Notes: a model not told the origin generated them from the sequence alone. Counted from the first letter of the stretch, positions 8,068 to 17,809 are shown. The stretch is DNA of 32,000 bases from Opitutia bacterium KCR 482 (GCA_029269845.2 CP149973.1:990001-1022000), one strand, 5' to 3'. Numbers and translations: made by a program.

Positions 8068-10575
8068 TTAGAACACCGTTCCGAACGAGAAGTTGAACTG
8101 CATGCCGTCGTCGTTGTACGGGCCGGTTTTCCACGGGAAGCCCAAGTCTATGCGCATGGGCGCGCCCATGAGGAGCACGCGGAAGCCGACGCCGAAGTCG
8201 GAATTATAGTCCGACGGGTCCCAATCCCACTCGCCCGAATTTACGAAGCCGATGTCGTAGAACACCGCAAAACGCACGGGATTGAAAAGCTCTATCGAAT
8301 ATTCCGCCGACGCGAACGCGAACGTTTTGCCGCCGTACGCCTCGCCCGTATTCGGGTCTATCCTGCCGACTTTGCGGTATTTGAAGCCGCGCATGTTGTA
8401 GCCGCCGCCGAGGAAGTACTGCTCGAAATACGGAACGTCTTTGCCGCCGTAGCCTATGACCGTGCCCGTTCTGCCGACGAACGACAGCACCTGATTGCCC
8501 GCCTCGAACGTCGGAATCCACCAGCCCGCGCGAGCCTCCACGCGGTAGAGGTTTGTCTGCCCCAGAAGCGGCCCGCCCGCGACGTCCTGAATAAGCTCGA
8601 AGCGCGTGCCGCGCGTGGGGGTCATGAGACTGTCGCGCGAGTCGCGCAGGAACGAAAGGCTCACCTGCGAAATCGAGCGTTCGCCGATGTCGCCGCGCCA
8701 CTCCTTCATGACAGGGTCGGGGCCCGTGGTGAGCTTCGAATCGACGTCGTAAATATCGACAAGTTCGAGCTTGTAGGCAAGGCGGGCTTCGATGAGCTCG
8801 TAGACGCGCTTTCTCAAATAGTTTGTCGCGCCGAGGCGGACTTCCGAATAGTAGTCGGAATAGTAGCCCGTGTCGGTGCGGTAGGCGTCGATGCCGTATG
8901 CGAGGTTGCGGTTGAAAACCCACGGCTCTTCGAAGCTCACTATAATCTGGTTGCTCTTCAAGCCGATGGACCCGCGGATTCTGAATTTCTGCCCCGCGCC
9001 CTGAAAGTAGCTGTCGTAGTTTTCGTAGTCGAAGTTGCTCTGCGTGATTTCGACCGTCGCCACCAAGCTTTCGATTGTGCTGAAACCCGCGCCGAACGTG
9101 AGGTTGCCCGTGCGCCCCTCTTTGACCACCACGCGCAGATTGCGGCGGTTGGGAATGTTTGTGGCTTCGGGCGAAAGGTTCACTTCGTCGAAGAAGCGCG
9201 TTTCTTTGAGGCGGTTTTCCGAAGACTTCATTCTGGCGAGGTCGAAGACGTCGCCGGGGGCGAGCGCGAGTTCGCGGATTATGACTTCGCTCTTCGTTTT
9301 CGTGTTGCCCTGAATGTTGATTGATTCGAGGTAGAATTTGCCGCTCTCGATTATGTCTATCACCAAGTCGATGTCGCCCGACTCCACGTTCGGCTTGCGC
9401 TGGGCGCGGACGATTGTGTCTATATAGCCGTATTCGCCGTAGTAGATTCTGATTTTTTCAATCATTTCGTCAACTTTCGACGGCGAGAACACGTTGCCCG
9501 TTGTGAGGTCGAAGTACTCCACAAACGGCATGAGTTTTTCGTCGGAGAACAGCTTGTTGTTTTTGAACGAAACCTTGCCGACCTTATACTGCCTGTTGGG
9601 GACTACGTTTATGACGATGTCCATGTCGCCGGGGTTGTCGGCGTCGGGAAATTCGAACTTTACTTTCGACTCGTCGATTTCGACGTCGAGGTAGCCGTGG
9701 TCGCGGTAGACTTTGCGGAGTTTTTCGATGTCCGCCTGAAATTCCTCGTCCTTGAAGCGTCCGTTGTCGGTGATGTAGGAAATGACGGGAATCCAAGTGT
9801 CGGTCTTCATTTCCTTCAAAAGTTTAATCGAGTTAAGCTCGGCGGGATTGTCCTTTGCGAACATGCGCTTCCATAGCTTGCCCCAAAAGCCGTACTGCTT
9901 TTCGACGGCGGGGTCGCCCGTGAACCTGATATTTTCGATTGCGATATCCTCGCCCTCGTTGATGTCGAAAATCACCGCGCCCTTGCCCTGCTCGTCGTTG
10001 CGCTCTATCGAAAAATTCACCTTTGCGAGCGAGTAGCCCTTTTTTTGGTAGAACGCCTTGATTTTGTCGGCGTCGCGCTTTGCCTGAACTTCGCTGAGGG
10101 TGGAGCCGGCGTACGAAGAGATTTCCTCCTGCAATCTCCGCGCCGAATACTCCTTGTTCCCCTTGAACACGATTTGGCTGATTCTGTACTTGGGAACGAT
10201 TAAAAATTCGATGTCCATTCCGCCGTTTGAAGACGCCGTGCGCGTTGCGTCAATGATGTCGTAAAGCCCCGTTTCGTAGAGCGAGCGTATAGACTGGTCG
10301 AGCGATTTTTGGTCGAACTTCATGCCCTTGCGGAGTCTGACATGCGCCGTGATTGCGTCTTCCGAAATCGTCTTCGGGCCTTCGATTTTGTAAGTGATGC
10401 GGTTGATTGTGAGCGTCTGCTCGTCAACCGGCTTTCCCGCCGTCTGCCCGTGCGCCGCCGAGCACGCCGCAATCGCCGCCGCAATCGCCGCAACGCGGAA
10501 CGCGCCCGTCGCGCGTCCGAACGCCGCGCGCGCGGTTTCAAAAATTTTGCCGTTAAACCTGAACATTTTCAGCAT
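8068..10575 (-). CDS. bamA: Outer membrane protein assembly factor BamA
   Basis: The 835-aa protein has a signal peptide, repeated POTRA-like segments, and a C-terminal beta-barrel ending ...NFSFGTVF (terminal aromatic residue). The start is at 10575 (MLKMFRF) or at the ATG at 10566. Both lie inside the end of dnaB. Confidence 0.9.
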   Translation of the reverse strand: MLKMFRFNGKIFETARAAFGRATGAFRVAAIAAAIAACSAAHGQTAGKPVDEQTLTINRITYKIEGPKTISEDAITAHVRLRKGMKFDQKSLDQSIRSLYETGLYDIIDATRTASSNGGMDIEFLIVPKYRISQIVFKGNKEYSARRLQEEISSYAGSTLSEVQAKRDADKIKAFYQKKGYSLAKVNFSIERNDEQGKGAVIFDINEGEDIAIENIRFTGDPAVEKQYGFWGKLWKRMFAKDNPAELNSIKLLKEMKTDTWIPVISYITDNGRFKDEEFQADIEKLRKVYRDHGYLDVEIDESKVKFEFPDADNPGDMDIVINVVPNRQYKVGKVSFKNNKLFSDEKLMPFVEYFDLTTGNVFSPSKVDEMIEKIRIYYGEYGYIDTIVRAQRKPNVESGDIDLVIDIIESGKFYLESINIQGNTKTKSEVIIRELALAPGDVFDLARMKSSENRLKETRFFDEVNLSPEATNIPNRRNLRVVVKEGRTGNLTFGAGFSTIESLVATVEITQSNFDYENYDSYFQGAGQKFRIRGSIGLKSNQIIVSFEEPWVFNRNLAYGIDAYRTDTGYYSDYYSEVRLGATNYLRKRVYELIEARLAYKLELVDIYDVDSKLTTGPDPVMKEWRGDIGERSISQVSLSFLRDSRDSLMTPTRGTRFELIQDVAGGPLLGQTNLYRVEARAGWWIPTFEAGNQVLSFVGRTGTVIGYGGKDVPYFEQYFLGGGYNMRGFKYRKVGRIDPNTGEAYGGKTFAFASAEYSIELFNPVRFAVFYDIGFVNSGEWDWDPSDYNSDFGVGFRVLLMGAPMRIDLGFPWKTGPYNDDGMQFNFSFGTVF

Positions 10576-11992
10576 CTATGTAATTTTCGTAGCGTGTGCA
10601 GCTTCTGTTGAACATGAGCGTGACAACGCCTGTGGGTCCGTTTCTCTGTTTCGCAAGCTCCACCCTAATCAGCCAATTCTGGTTCGAGTTTGCCTCTTCA
10701 TCTGTGACAGATTTCTTCTGCCTACTCAACAGTAAAATTGCGTCCGCGTCCTGTTCTATCGAGCCGGATTCGCGCAAATCGCTCGGTCGCGGGTTGCGCT
10801 GGTCCTTTTCGCTGTCGCGGTTCAGCTGCGCAAGCACTATCACGGGGCAGCGCAGCTCCTTCGACATCGCCTTCATGCCGCGCGAAATTTCAGCGACTTC
10901 CTGCTCGCGCGGAAGCGACGGGTCGGAACCGCGCAGAAGTTGGAGGTAGTCTACAATGACAAGACCGAGCTTCCCGCCGAGCTGTTGGTGGAGCCGCCTC
11001 GCCTTTGCCCGCATTTCGAGAATCGAAATGCCCGCGGTGTCGTCAATCCAAAGCGGCGCGTTTTTCAGTTCGTTCGCCGTTGTGTTGATGTTGCGCAGTT
11101 CCTCGTCGTTGATTCGCCCCATGCCGAGCTTGTGCTGGTCTATCCTCGCGCGGGAGGCTATCATGCGCCCGTACAGCTGTTCGCCCAACATTTCCAGCGA
11201 AAATATCAGCGTCGGGAACTGTTTGCGGCCGAACAGCGCGGTCTCCGCTATATTGAGAGCAATCGACGTCTTGCCCGTGCCGGGGCGTCCCGCAACGACT
11301 ATCATTTCGTTGGCGTGCAGGCCGCGCATCATATTGTCGAGCGCAGTAAAGCCCGTGGGAACGCCCATCAGCTCGCCCTTGTTTTTTATGAGCTGGTTGA
11401 TTAGCGCGACCGCCGCGGGCACTTGTTCGCTCGCTTTTTTTACCGAGTCGCCGACCCTGTCCTGACTGATGCCGAGAATTTTCTCCTCCACGCCCTCTAT
11501 GAACATGTCGATTCCGCCGCGGTTCGCGTAGGCGTTTTCGATTGTTTCGGAGCACGCGCGTATGATTTCGCGCATGAAAAATTTTTCGCGGAGAATGTCG
11601 AGCCACTGGCGGTAGTGGGCGAAAGTTTCAATCCTGCCCGCAATGTCGTTGATTGCCACTATCCCGCCGACCTGCTCCAGCGCGTTGCGCTTTTTCAGAT
11701 ATTCGGCGAGCACGATTTCGTCGATGCTCGCGCCCTCGCTGAACAGGGCGACCAACGCCGAGTAGATTATTCTGTGTTGCGGCTTGTAGAAATATTCCTC
11801 GCGGACTTTCATTGCGACGCACGCGTTGATTACCTCGTTCGTGCCGTCGATTATAATGGACGCCAAAACCCCCGCCTCCGCGTCGAGATTGTGCGGCAGC
11901 TCGCGCCCCAACTCGTCGGTGCTTTGCGGTGTTGCGCGTTTTTTGCGCGCGGGTTTCCTGTCCTCTTCTGCCATTGAATTTTTCGTTTCCAT
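10553..11992 (-). CDS. dnaB: Replicative DNA helicase DnaB
   Basis: The protein contains LPHNLDAEAGVLASIII, the Walker A motif GRPGTGKTS, IVDYLQLL, and SGSIEQDAD. The ORF-track start at 12091 is a TTG with an implausible Cys/Arg-rich extension. I chose the ATG at 11992 (METKNSMAEEDRK). The ATG at 11974 is also possible. Confidence 0.9.
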   Translation of the reverse strand: METKNSMAEEDRKPARKKRATPQSTDELGRELPHNLDAEAGVLASIIIDGTNEVINACVAMKVREEYFYKPQHRIIYSALVALFSEGASIDEIVLAEYLKKRNALEQVGGIVAINDIAGRIETFAHYRQWLDILREKFFMREIIRACSETIENAYANRGGIDMFIEGVEEKILGISQDRVGDSVKKASEQVPAAVALINQLIKNKGELMGVPTGFTALDNMMRGLHANEMIVVAGRPGTGKTSIALNIAETALFGRKQFPTLIFSLEMLGEQLYGRMIASRARIDQHKLGMGRINDEELRNINTTANELKNAPLWIDDTAGISILEMRAKARRLHQQLGGKLGLVIVDYLQLLRGSDPSLPREQEVAEISRGMKAMSKELRCPVIVLAQLNRDSEKDQRNPRPSDLRESGSIEQDADAILLLSRQKKSVTDEEANSNQNWLIRVELAKQRNGPTGVVTLMFNRSCTRYENYIDAENVQV

Positions 11993-12122
11993 GCCGCCAC
12001 AATAGAGCCGCCGCGCGACAAAATGGGACGAGTCCTTATCTACCGCACAACTCGACGGGCAGTGCGCGCCGCGTCGAGTTGCACAATTCAATCAATTTCC
12101 GCCGAAAAGCGGCGAAAACGTC

Positions 12123-12608
12123 TTAGTTGGATTCTTTCGCGGAATCTTCGATGGGATTCTCGGAAACAACCTCGAAATGAATGTCGATTTTGACGTCCTT
12201 GTGGAGCTTGATTTGCGCCGTGTGCTTGCCGAGTTCCTTGACGGGAGCGGCGAGGTGCACAGCCTTCTTCGGAAGCTCGATGCCGCCTTCTGCGATTTTC
12301 GCGACGATGTCCGCAACCGTGACCGAGCCGAACATTTTGCCGCCTTCGCCGGTCTTGACCGCAAACGCAATCGACATGCCTTCGATTGCCTTCGAGAGAG
12401 CCTGCGCGTTTTCGAGTTCCTTGGCTTCGCGGAGTTCGCGTGCCTTGATGAGCGCTTCGATTTGCTTCTTGTTAGCCTTGCTTACGGGAATCGCGATTTT
12501 CTGCGGATAGAGGAAATTGCGCGCATAACCCGCCTTAACCGAAACCTGTTCGCCTTCGCCGCCGAGATTTTCAACGGGCTTGACCAGTAATACTTTGCTT
12601 ATTGCCAT
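12123..12608 (-). CDS. rplI: 50S ribosomal protein L9
   Basis: The protein begins MAISKVLLVKPVENLGGEGEQVSVKAGYARNFLYPQKIAIP..., a classical L9 N-terminus. Confidence 0.95.
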   Translation of the reverse strand: MAISKVLLVKPVENLGGEGEQVSVKAGYARNFLYPQKIAIPVSKANKKQIEALIKARELREAKELENAQALSKAIEGMSIAFAVKTGEGGKMFGSVTVADIVAKIAEGGIELPKKAVHLAAPVKELGKHTAQIKLHKDVKIDIHFEVVSENPIEDSAKESN

Positions 12609-12656
12609 AATTGTGTTGTTTTTAATTTAAAGTTTGTTTGCAAATTTTCCGACAAA

Positions 12657-13121
12657 TCAGAACGGCACGTCGTCGTCTTCGATGTCGTCGTTGGAGGGCG
12701 CGCGCTGCTGGCGCGGAGCCTGACGCGCTCCGCCGCGCGGTTGCGGCGCGGAATACTCGGCGTCGTAGCCGCCGTTGCCGCCCGAATCGCGTCCGCCGAC
12801 AAATTCGAAACGTTCGAGAACCACCATCAATTTGGTGCGCTTCTGCCCCGTCTGCTTGTCTTCCCAAGTGTCCTGACGAAGACGTCCCTCGACGAGTATC
12901 GGTTTGCCCTTCGTGAAAAATCTCGCGATGTTTTCCGCCGACTTTCCGAAGCAGTCGATTTCGACAAAACACGTTTCGTCGCGCAAAGAGCCATCTTGCG
13001 AATTGAACGAGCGGTTGACCGCTATTGCAAAACGGCAAACGCTTGTGCCGTTCTGGGTCTGCCTCAGCTCCGGATCGCGGGTGAGGTTGCCCATCAAGAT
13101 TACTTTGTTAAACGACGACAT
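12657..13121 (-). CDS. ssb: Single-stranded DNA-binding protein
   Basis: The N-terminus is NKVILMGNLTRDPELR (OB fold). A Gly/Gln/Pro-rich linker follows, then the acidic tail DDIEDDDVPF. Confidence 0.95.
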   Translation of the reverse strand: MSSFNKVILMGNLTRDPELRQTQNGTSVCRFAIAVNRSFNSQDGSLRDETCFVEIDCFGKSAENIARFFTKGKPILVEGRLRQDTWEDKQTGQKRTKLMVVLERFEFVGGRDSGGNGGYDAEYSAPQPRGGARQAPRQQRAPSNDDIEDDDVPF

Positions 13122-13142
13122 TTTCGTTCCGTTTACGAAAGT

Positions 13143-13433
13143 TTATTCCGCCATTACCAAAACGCGGTTTACCGTTTTGTCGAGGCGGAGTTTTTCCTTG
13201 ATTGTCGTGTTCGCGGTCGTCGGGCCTTCGAATGCGATTTCAACATAGATGCCGGCGGGAAACGCGCGGTCTGTCGTGCGGGCAAACGCCTTCTGTCCGA
13301 GGTTTTCAACCGACAGAACTTTGCACGAGGCGGATTCCACTACGCCCTTGATTTTTTCGACGAGTGTTTCGACGGGATCGTTATAACCTCTCGTGTCGAG
13401 GATAAACGTTGCTTTGTACTTCTTGTTATTCAT
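13143..13433 (-). CDS. rpsF: 30S ribosomal protein S6
   Basis: This is a 96-aa protein (YKATFILDTRGYNDPVETLVEKIKGVVE...) at the head of the rpsF-ssb-rplI group. Confidence 0.85.
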   Translation of the reverse strand: MNNKKYKATFILDTRGYNDPVETLVEKIKGVVESASCKVLSVENLGQKAFARTTDRAFPAGIYVEIAFEGPTTANTTIKEKLRLDKTVNRVLVMAE

Positions 13434-13475
13434 ATTATTGGTTTTGTTAAATTTTTTCGGGAAATTTTTTGCGTC

Positions 13476-14042
13476 TCACCGACGGTTCACGACGTTCTGC
13501 GCGCCCTCGAAACCCTTTGTCAGGAGGAGCGACAGACAGCCCTTCACGTCGAGCGACTTTATCGCCGCCGCATCGCTTTCGTCGAGCCTGCCCAAAACGT
13601 AGTCCGCCAAGTCCATCGACTTGTACGGCTTTGCGCCTATGCCTATCCTGATTCGCGCGAATCCGTTTCCGCATTTCGCCATGACGTCGGCAACCCCGTT
13701 GTGCCCGCCCGACGACCCGCCGACCGAAAGCTTCATTCTGCCAACGTCGAGCGTAATGTCATCGTAGATTACGGCGGCTTCGGAAATGTCGAATTTGAAA
13801 AATTTGAGGATTTTCGCGACGCCTACGCCGCTCGAATTCATATAGCCGTCGGCAAACGCCAACACGAGCGGTTTCGAAGCCACGGAAACTTTCGCGATTT
13901 GCGCCGCGCAGTATTTGTCGTGCGAAAATTCCGCGCCGCAGCCGCGCGCTACCTCCCTCAAAACGGATTCGCCCGCATTGTGCCGCGTTCCGACATATTC
14001 CGCGCCCGTATTTCCAAGCCCGATTGCGATTTTTAACGACAT
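13476..14042 (-). CDS. pth: Peptidyl-tRNA hydrolase
   Basis: I trimmed the ORF to the ATG at 14042 (MSLKIAIGLGNTGAEYVGTRHNAG...). It contains the GGHNG-containing motif GGSSGGHNGV. It lies downstream of rplY, as in many bacteria. Confidence 0.9.
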   Translation of the reverse strand: MSLKIAIGLGNTGAEYVGTRHNAGESVLREVARGCGAEFSHDKYCAAQIAKVSVASKPLVLAFADGYMNSSGVGVAKILKFFKFDISEAAVIYDDITLDVGRMKLSVGGSSGGHNGVADVMAKCGNGFARIRIGIGAKPYKSMDLADYVLGRLDESDAAAIKSLDVKGCLSLLLTKGFEGAQNVVNRR

Positions 14043-14137
14043 TTGTAAAGAACAATTCTCCGCCGCCGAAAGCCGAGCCGCCGTCAAACCAGTTAGGTTC
14101 AAACAGCACCAAGCCCCGACGCGGCGGATTTTTCAGA

Positions 14138-14821
14138 CTACTTCGCCTTCTTGGCGTCCGCTGCGGGAGCCGCCGCGGGGGCTGCGCCTGCCGCGGCCGC
14201 GGGAGCGGCTGCCGCGTCGCCTTCTGCGGGAGCTTCGGGAGCGGGTTCTTCCTCAACGACGATTTCGTTGCAGGTTACCAAGATGTCTTCGAGGTTCGAG
14301 GTAAATTCCACGCCTTCCGGAGGAACAACGTCTTTGAGGTGGATTGCTTCGCCGACGTGCATTTTCGAAATGTCGATTGTAATCATTTCGGGCAGGTCGC
14401 GCGGGCGGCACTTTACGCGGACTTCGTGTTCGTGGATTTCCACAATGCCGTTTTCGTTCTTGACGCCGGGAGCGTCTGCTTCGCCAGCGAAGTGGAGCGG
14501 GAGAACCGCGTGCATGGGCTTGCCGCGGACAACCTCTACGAAGTCGACATGGATAACCTTGTCCGTAATGGGGTTGCGCTCAACATCTTTGAGCATTGCG
14601 TAGCGCGATTCCGTTCCGTCGGAGAACTGCATGTCGATGAGAACGGCCTTGCCGCTGATTGCTTTGAGCGCGACTGCAAGTTCCTTTTCGTCGATGAGAA
14701 GGTTTTTCTCGCCGCTTTCGCCGTAAATGACGGCGGGGATTTGCCCGCTTTTACGGTAGCGTTTTGCGGAGTTGCCGCCAACGTCTGTTCTTGAAGTTGT
14801 GTTGAGATTTATCTGTTTCAT
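14138..14821 (-). CDS. rplY: 50S ribosomal protein L25 / general stress protein Ctc, with an Ala/Pro-rich C-terminal tail
   Basis: The N-terminus is ...GGNSAKRYRKSGQIPAVIYGESGEKNLLIDEKEL..., the L25/Ctc fold. The last ~40 aa are low complexity (EEEPAPEAPAEGDAAAAPAAAAGAAPAAAPAADAKKAK). Confidence 0.9.
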   Translation of the reverse strand: MKQINLNTTSRTDVGGNSAKRYRKSGQIPAVIYGESGEKNLLIDEKELAVALKAISGKAVLIDMQFSDGTESRYAMLKDVERNPITDKVIHVDFVEVVRGKPMHAVLPLHFAGEADAPGVKNENGIVEIHEHEVRVKCRPRDLPEMITIDISKMHVGEAIHLKDVVPPEGVEFTSNLEDILVTCNEIVVEEEPAPEAPAEGDAAAAPAAAAGAAPAAAPAADAKKAK

Positions 14822-15114
14822 TTTAGTGTACTTATATTGAAATTCTTAAAACCTCAGGCTCGGCGTCTTTTTACGATTCGACAGTAAGCCGTTGATTTAA
14901 AAGGCGCATACTTTACCCTCCCCTGCGACAAAATCAACAAAATTTTTTATTTATTTTTTATCCACCGCGATTTACCGCCGAAATTCCCGCTTATGTCAAA
15001 ACAACAATAAAATCCGCGCGTTTTGTCAAATCGGCTCTCCGTATATTCTTGCATCGGCGCGTTCGAACAAATTCAATGGACGCAAACCTAAAAATTTCCC
15101 TCTACTCTATATAA

Positions 15115-17796
15115 ATGAAGCCAAAATACGGACTGACTCTTTTGCTGGCGTTGACAGCCGCAAGCCTCTGCCGAAGTGCCGACTACACCGTCGAAACCTT
15201 CGGCTCGATTCCACGAATCTGCGTAGACGGCAAGCCCGTGCGCGCGCGAATGTTCTACGGGAACGTTCCCGGAACGCATTTCGACGAAAGCGAAAGCGCC
15301 CCCAAAACCGTGAAGATAAAATTCACAGCCGCGGGCGGCGAAACCCAAGTCTCGCTGAATTTCGGCGCGGCAATCGGAAAAATCGAAATTTCCGAGATGA
15401 AGCTCGCCGACCTGCAATCGGGGCAAATCTCCGACGCCTACGACTTCTCCGCGCCCGACGCCAAAATCGGCTCGAACTGGACAGTCAAAGCCCTCGAAGC
15501 GTGGCGCGACCTGCGCGAGGGAATTTCGCAAAACCCGCCCGACCCGAAAAAATATCCCAAGCCGCCGTTTTCCGCAAGGCACGAGAACGGGAAGCTCGTG
15601 ATAGAGAAAGAATCGGTAGACATGTCGCTCAAACGCAACCAGTCGGTTATACACGACATCGAACGGCTCAATTTTCTGCCGCCCGCGCTCAAAACCACAA
15701 AGGGGCGCGAGTACGAGCTTTCGGTAAAAGTCGCAACAGACAAGCGCGGACGCTGCGAAATTTCGCTGTTCGACGGGGGCGAAAAGCTCGCCTCAAACAC
15801 CGCCGAAACTTTCATGTCGCAGGAGAAGTTCGCAAAAGAGCGCGGAATAGATTTCGTCTCGTTCGGCATGCCCGCCTTTTGGAGCGACTCGCCCCTCTAC
15901 CGAAAAGTCGCCGACGAACGCTTCCAAGCGGCAATCGCGGCGAACCCCGACGTCAGAATAATCGTAAGGCTCGGCTTCGAACCGCCGAACGAATGGCTCG
16001 ACGCCCACCCCGACGACCTCATGCGCTCGCCCGACGGCACGCTCATAGAGCGCATGCACGTGCGCTTCCCCACGCCCTCCTCCGAAGCATACCGCCGCGA
16101 CGCAATGGAGGCGGCGCGGAAATTCGTAGAGTATGTCGAAAAACGCTATCCCGACAACATCGCGGGCTACCACCCGTCGGGCGGCAATTCGAGCGAATGG
16201 TTCTACGGCGGAAGCTACGAAAAGGGCTTCCACGGCTACGACAAGGCGACGCTCAAAGCGTGGCGCAAGTGGCTTGCAAAAAAATACCGCACCGACGCCG
16301 CGCTCAGAAAGGCGTGGAACAACGCGGACGCCTCGATTGAAACGGCGGCAGTTCCCTCAAAGGAGGAGCGTTTCGGCGCGGAGTGCGCGCTGCTCGACCT
16401 TAAAACGCGCCGCGCCGCGTTCGACTTCAACATATTCCTGCAAGACGAAATGACAGACTTCATTCTGCTTGCCGCCCGCACAATCCGCCAGACCGCTCCC
16501 GCAAAAAGGCTGTCGGTGATTTTCTACGGCTACGGAATCGGCTTTTCGACGGTCCCGAACGGCCCCGCGTATTCGGGGCACTACGGCTTCAAAAAGCTGC
16601 TCGCCTCTCCCGACATCGACATTTTCACCGCGCCCATCGCCTACACCGAACGCCAGCTCGGCGGCTTGAAGCGCACCGTGAGCGCGGCGGAGTCGGTCCT
16701 GCTTGCGGGCAAAATCTGGCTCGACGAAGACGACAACCGCACATGGCTCGCCCCGAAATCGGGCTCGCCGCCCTATGTGCTCGACCCCCTGCAAAAAAGC
16801 CGCGCCGAAAGCGTGAAGGTAATGCAGCGCAACATGGCAAACCAGACACTGCGCAACATCGCGTCGTGGTGGATGGACTTGTTCGGCTGCGGCTGGTTTC
16901 TCGACCGCCAGCTCTGGGGCGTCTTCGACCGGTTCGAAAAAATCGAAAAACACTTTCTCGACAACCCGACGCCCTTCGCGCCCGAAACGGCAATCTCGTA
17001 CGACGAAACGTCGCTCTGCACGGTCGCGGGCAAGCCAAGCTCGGCGCGAACCTGCGCGCAGTCGGTCTACCACGTCAACAAGTTCGTAGCTCCCACGGGC
17101 ACGCCATTCGGGCAGTACCTGTTCGACGACGTAGCGTTCGGGCGCGCAAAGCCCAAGCTTCACTACATCGGCGGGGCGTACGCGCTGACGAAAAAACAGC
17201 GACTCGCCCTCCGCGCCTCGGCCGAACACACGTCGTGCGTGTTCATCTGGAACGCGGGCTATGTGGATTTGGACGCGGGCGAATTTTCGACTGCCGCAAT
17301 CGCCGAAGCGACGGGCTTCGACGTCGAGCCTGTCGGCGACACCCCCGCCCTCGCGATTCCGACCGAAGACGGCAAAAAGCTCGGCATTCCGAAATTCGGC
17401 TTCGACCTTAAATTAAACCCGCTCTTTGCGCCGATTCCCGCCGCAGGCGACAGGGTGCTCGCAAAATATCCCAACGGCAAGCCCGCAATGGTGCTGCGCA
17501 CGAGCGGCAAACGCCCGCAGATATACATCGGCCCGACCCAGCTTTCGCCCGAAGTGTGCCGCGCAATAGCAAAAATCTGCGGCGTCCACAGCTTTGTTGA
17601 CAACGAGGCGGTGGCGTTTGCAAACGGCGGCTACCTGCTTGTGTACGCAACAAAAGACGGCGACCACACCGTTTCGCTCAAAACGGAAGCCGACGTCGAA
17701 GACGCGCTCGCGGGCAAAAAGCTCGGACGCTTCAAGACAAAAACATTCCCGCTGAAATCGGGAGACGTTCTGCTGATGAAGCTCTCGTCGAAATAG
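15115..17796 (+). CDS. Secreted glycoside hydrolase-like protein, GH42-related (beta-galactosidase-like TIM barrel plus a trimerisation-like C-terminal domain)
   Basis: This 893-aa protein has the signal peptide MKPKYGLTLLLALTAASLC. The central region (PPNEWLDAHPDDLMRSPDG, YPDNIAGYHPSGGNSSEW, ATLKAWRKWLAKKYRTDAALRKAWN) resembles motifs I recall from GH42-type enzymes. The family assignment is by eye only. Confidence 0.55.
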   Translation: MKPKYGLTLLLALTAASLCRSADYTVETFGSIPRICVDGKPVRARMFYGNVPGTHFDESESAPKTVKIKFTAAGGETQVSLNFGAAIGKIEISEMKLADLQSGQISDAYDFSAPDAKIGSNWTVKALEAWRDLREGISQNPPDPKKYPKPPFSARHENGKLVIEKESVDMSLKRNQSVIHDIERLNFLPPALKTTKGREYELSVKVATDKRGRCEISLFDGGEKLASNTAETFMSQEKFAKERGIDFVSFGMPAFWSDSPLYRKVADERFQAAIAANPDVRIIVRLGFEPPNEWLDAHPDDLMRSPDGTLIERMHVRFPTPSSEAYRRDAMEAARKFVEYVEKRYPDNIAGYHPSGGNSSEWFYGGSYEKGFHGYDKATLKAWRKWLAKKYRTDAALRKAWNNADASIETAAVPSKEERFGAECALLDLKTRRAAFDFNIFLQDEMTDFILLAARTIRQTAPAKRLSVIFYGYGIGFSTVPNGPAYSGHYGFKKLLASPDIDIFTAPIAYTERQLGGLKRTVSAAESVLLAGKIWLDEDDNRTWLAPKSGSPPYVLDPLQKSRAESVKVMQRNMANQTLRNIASWWMDLFGCGWFLDRQLWGVFDRFEKIEKHFLDNPTPFAPETAISYDETSLCTVAGKPSSARTCAQSVYHVNKFVAPTGTPFGQYLFDDVAFGRAKPKLHYIGGAYALTKKQRLALRASAEHTSCVFIWNAGYVDLDAGEFSTAAIAEATGFDVEPVGDTPALAIPTEDGKKLGIPKFGFDLKLNPLFAPIPAAGDRVLAKYPNGKPAMVLRTSGKRPQIYIGPTQLSPEVCRAIAKICGVHSFVDNEAVAFANGGYLLVYATKDGDHTVSLKTEADVEDALAGKKLGRFKTKTFPLKSGDVLLMKLSSK

Positions 17797-17809
17797 CAAG
17801 ACCTGCCGC

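Noticed and set aside
12051-12078. The inverted repeat CTCGACG...CGTCGAG between rplI and dnaB as a terminator.
   Set aside because: No U-tract follows it on the minus strand. It may be structural or regulatory, but I have no further support.
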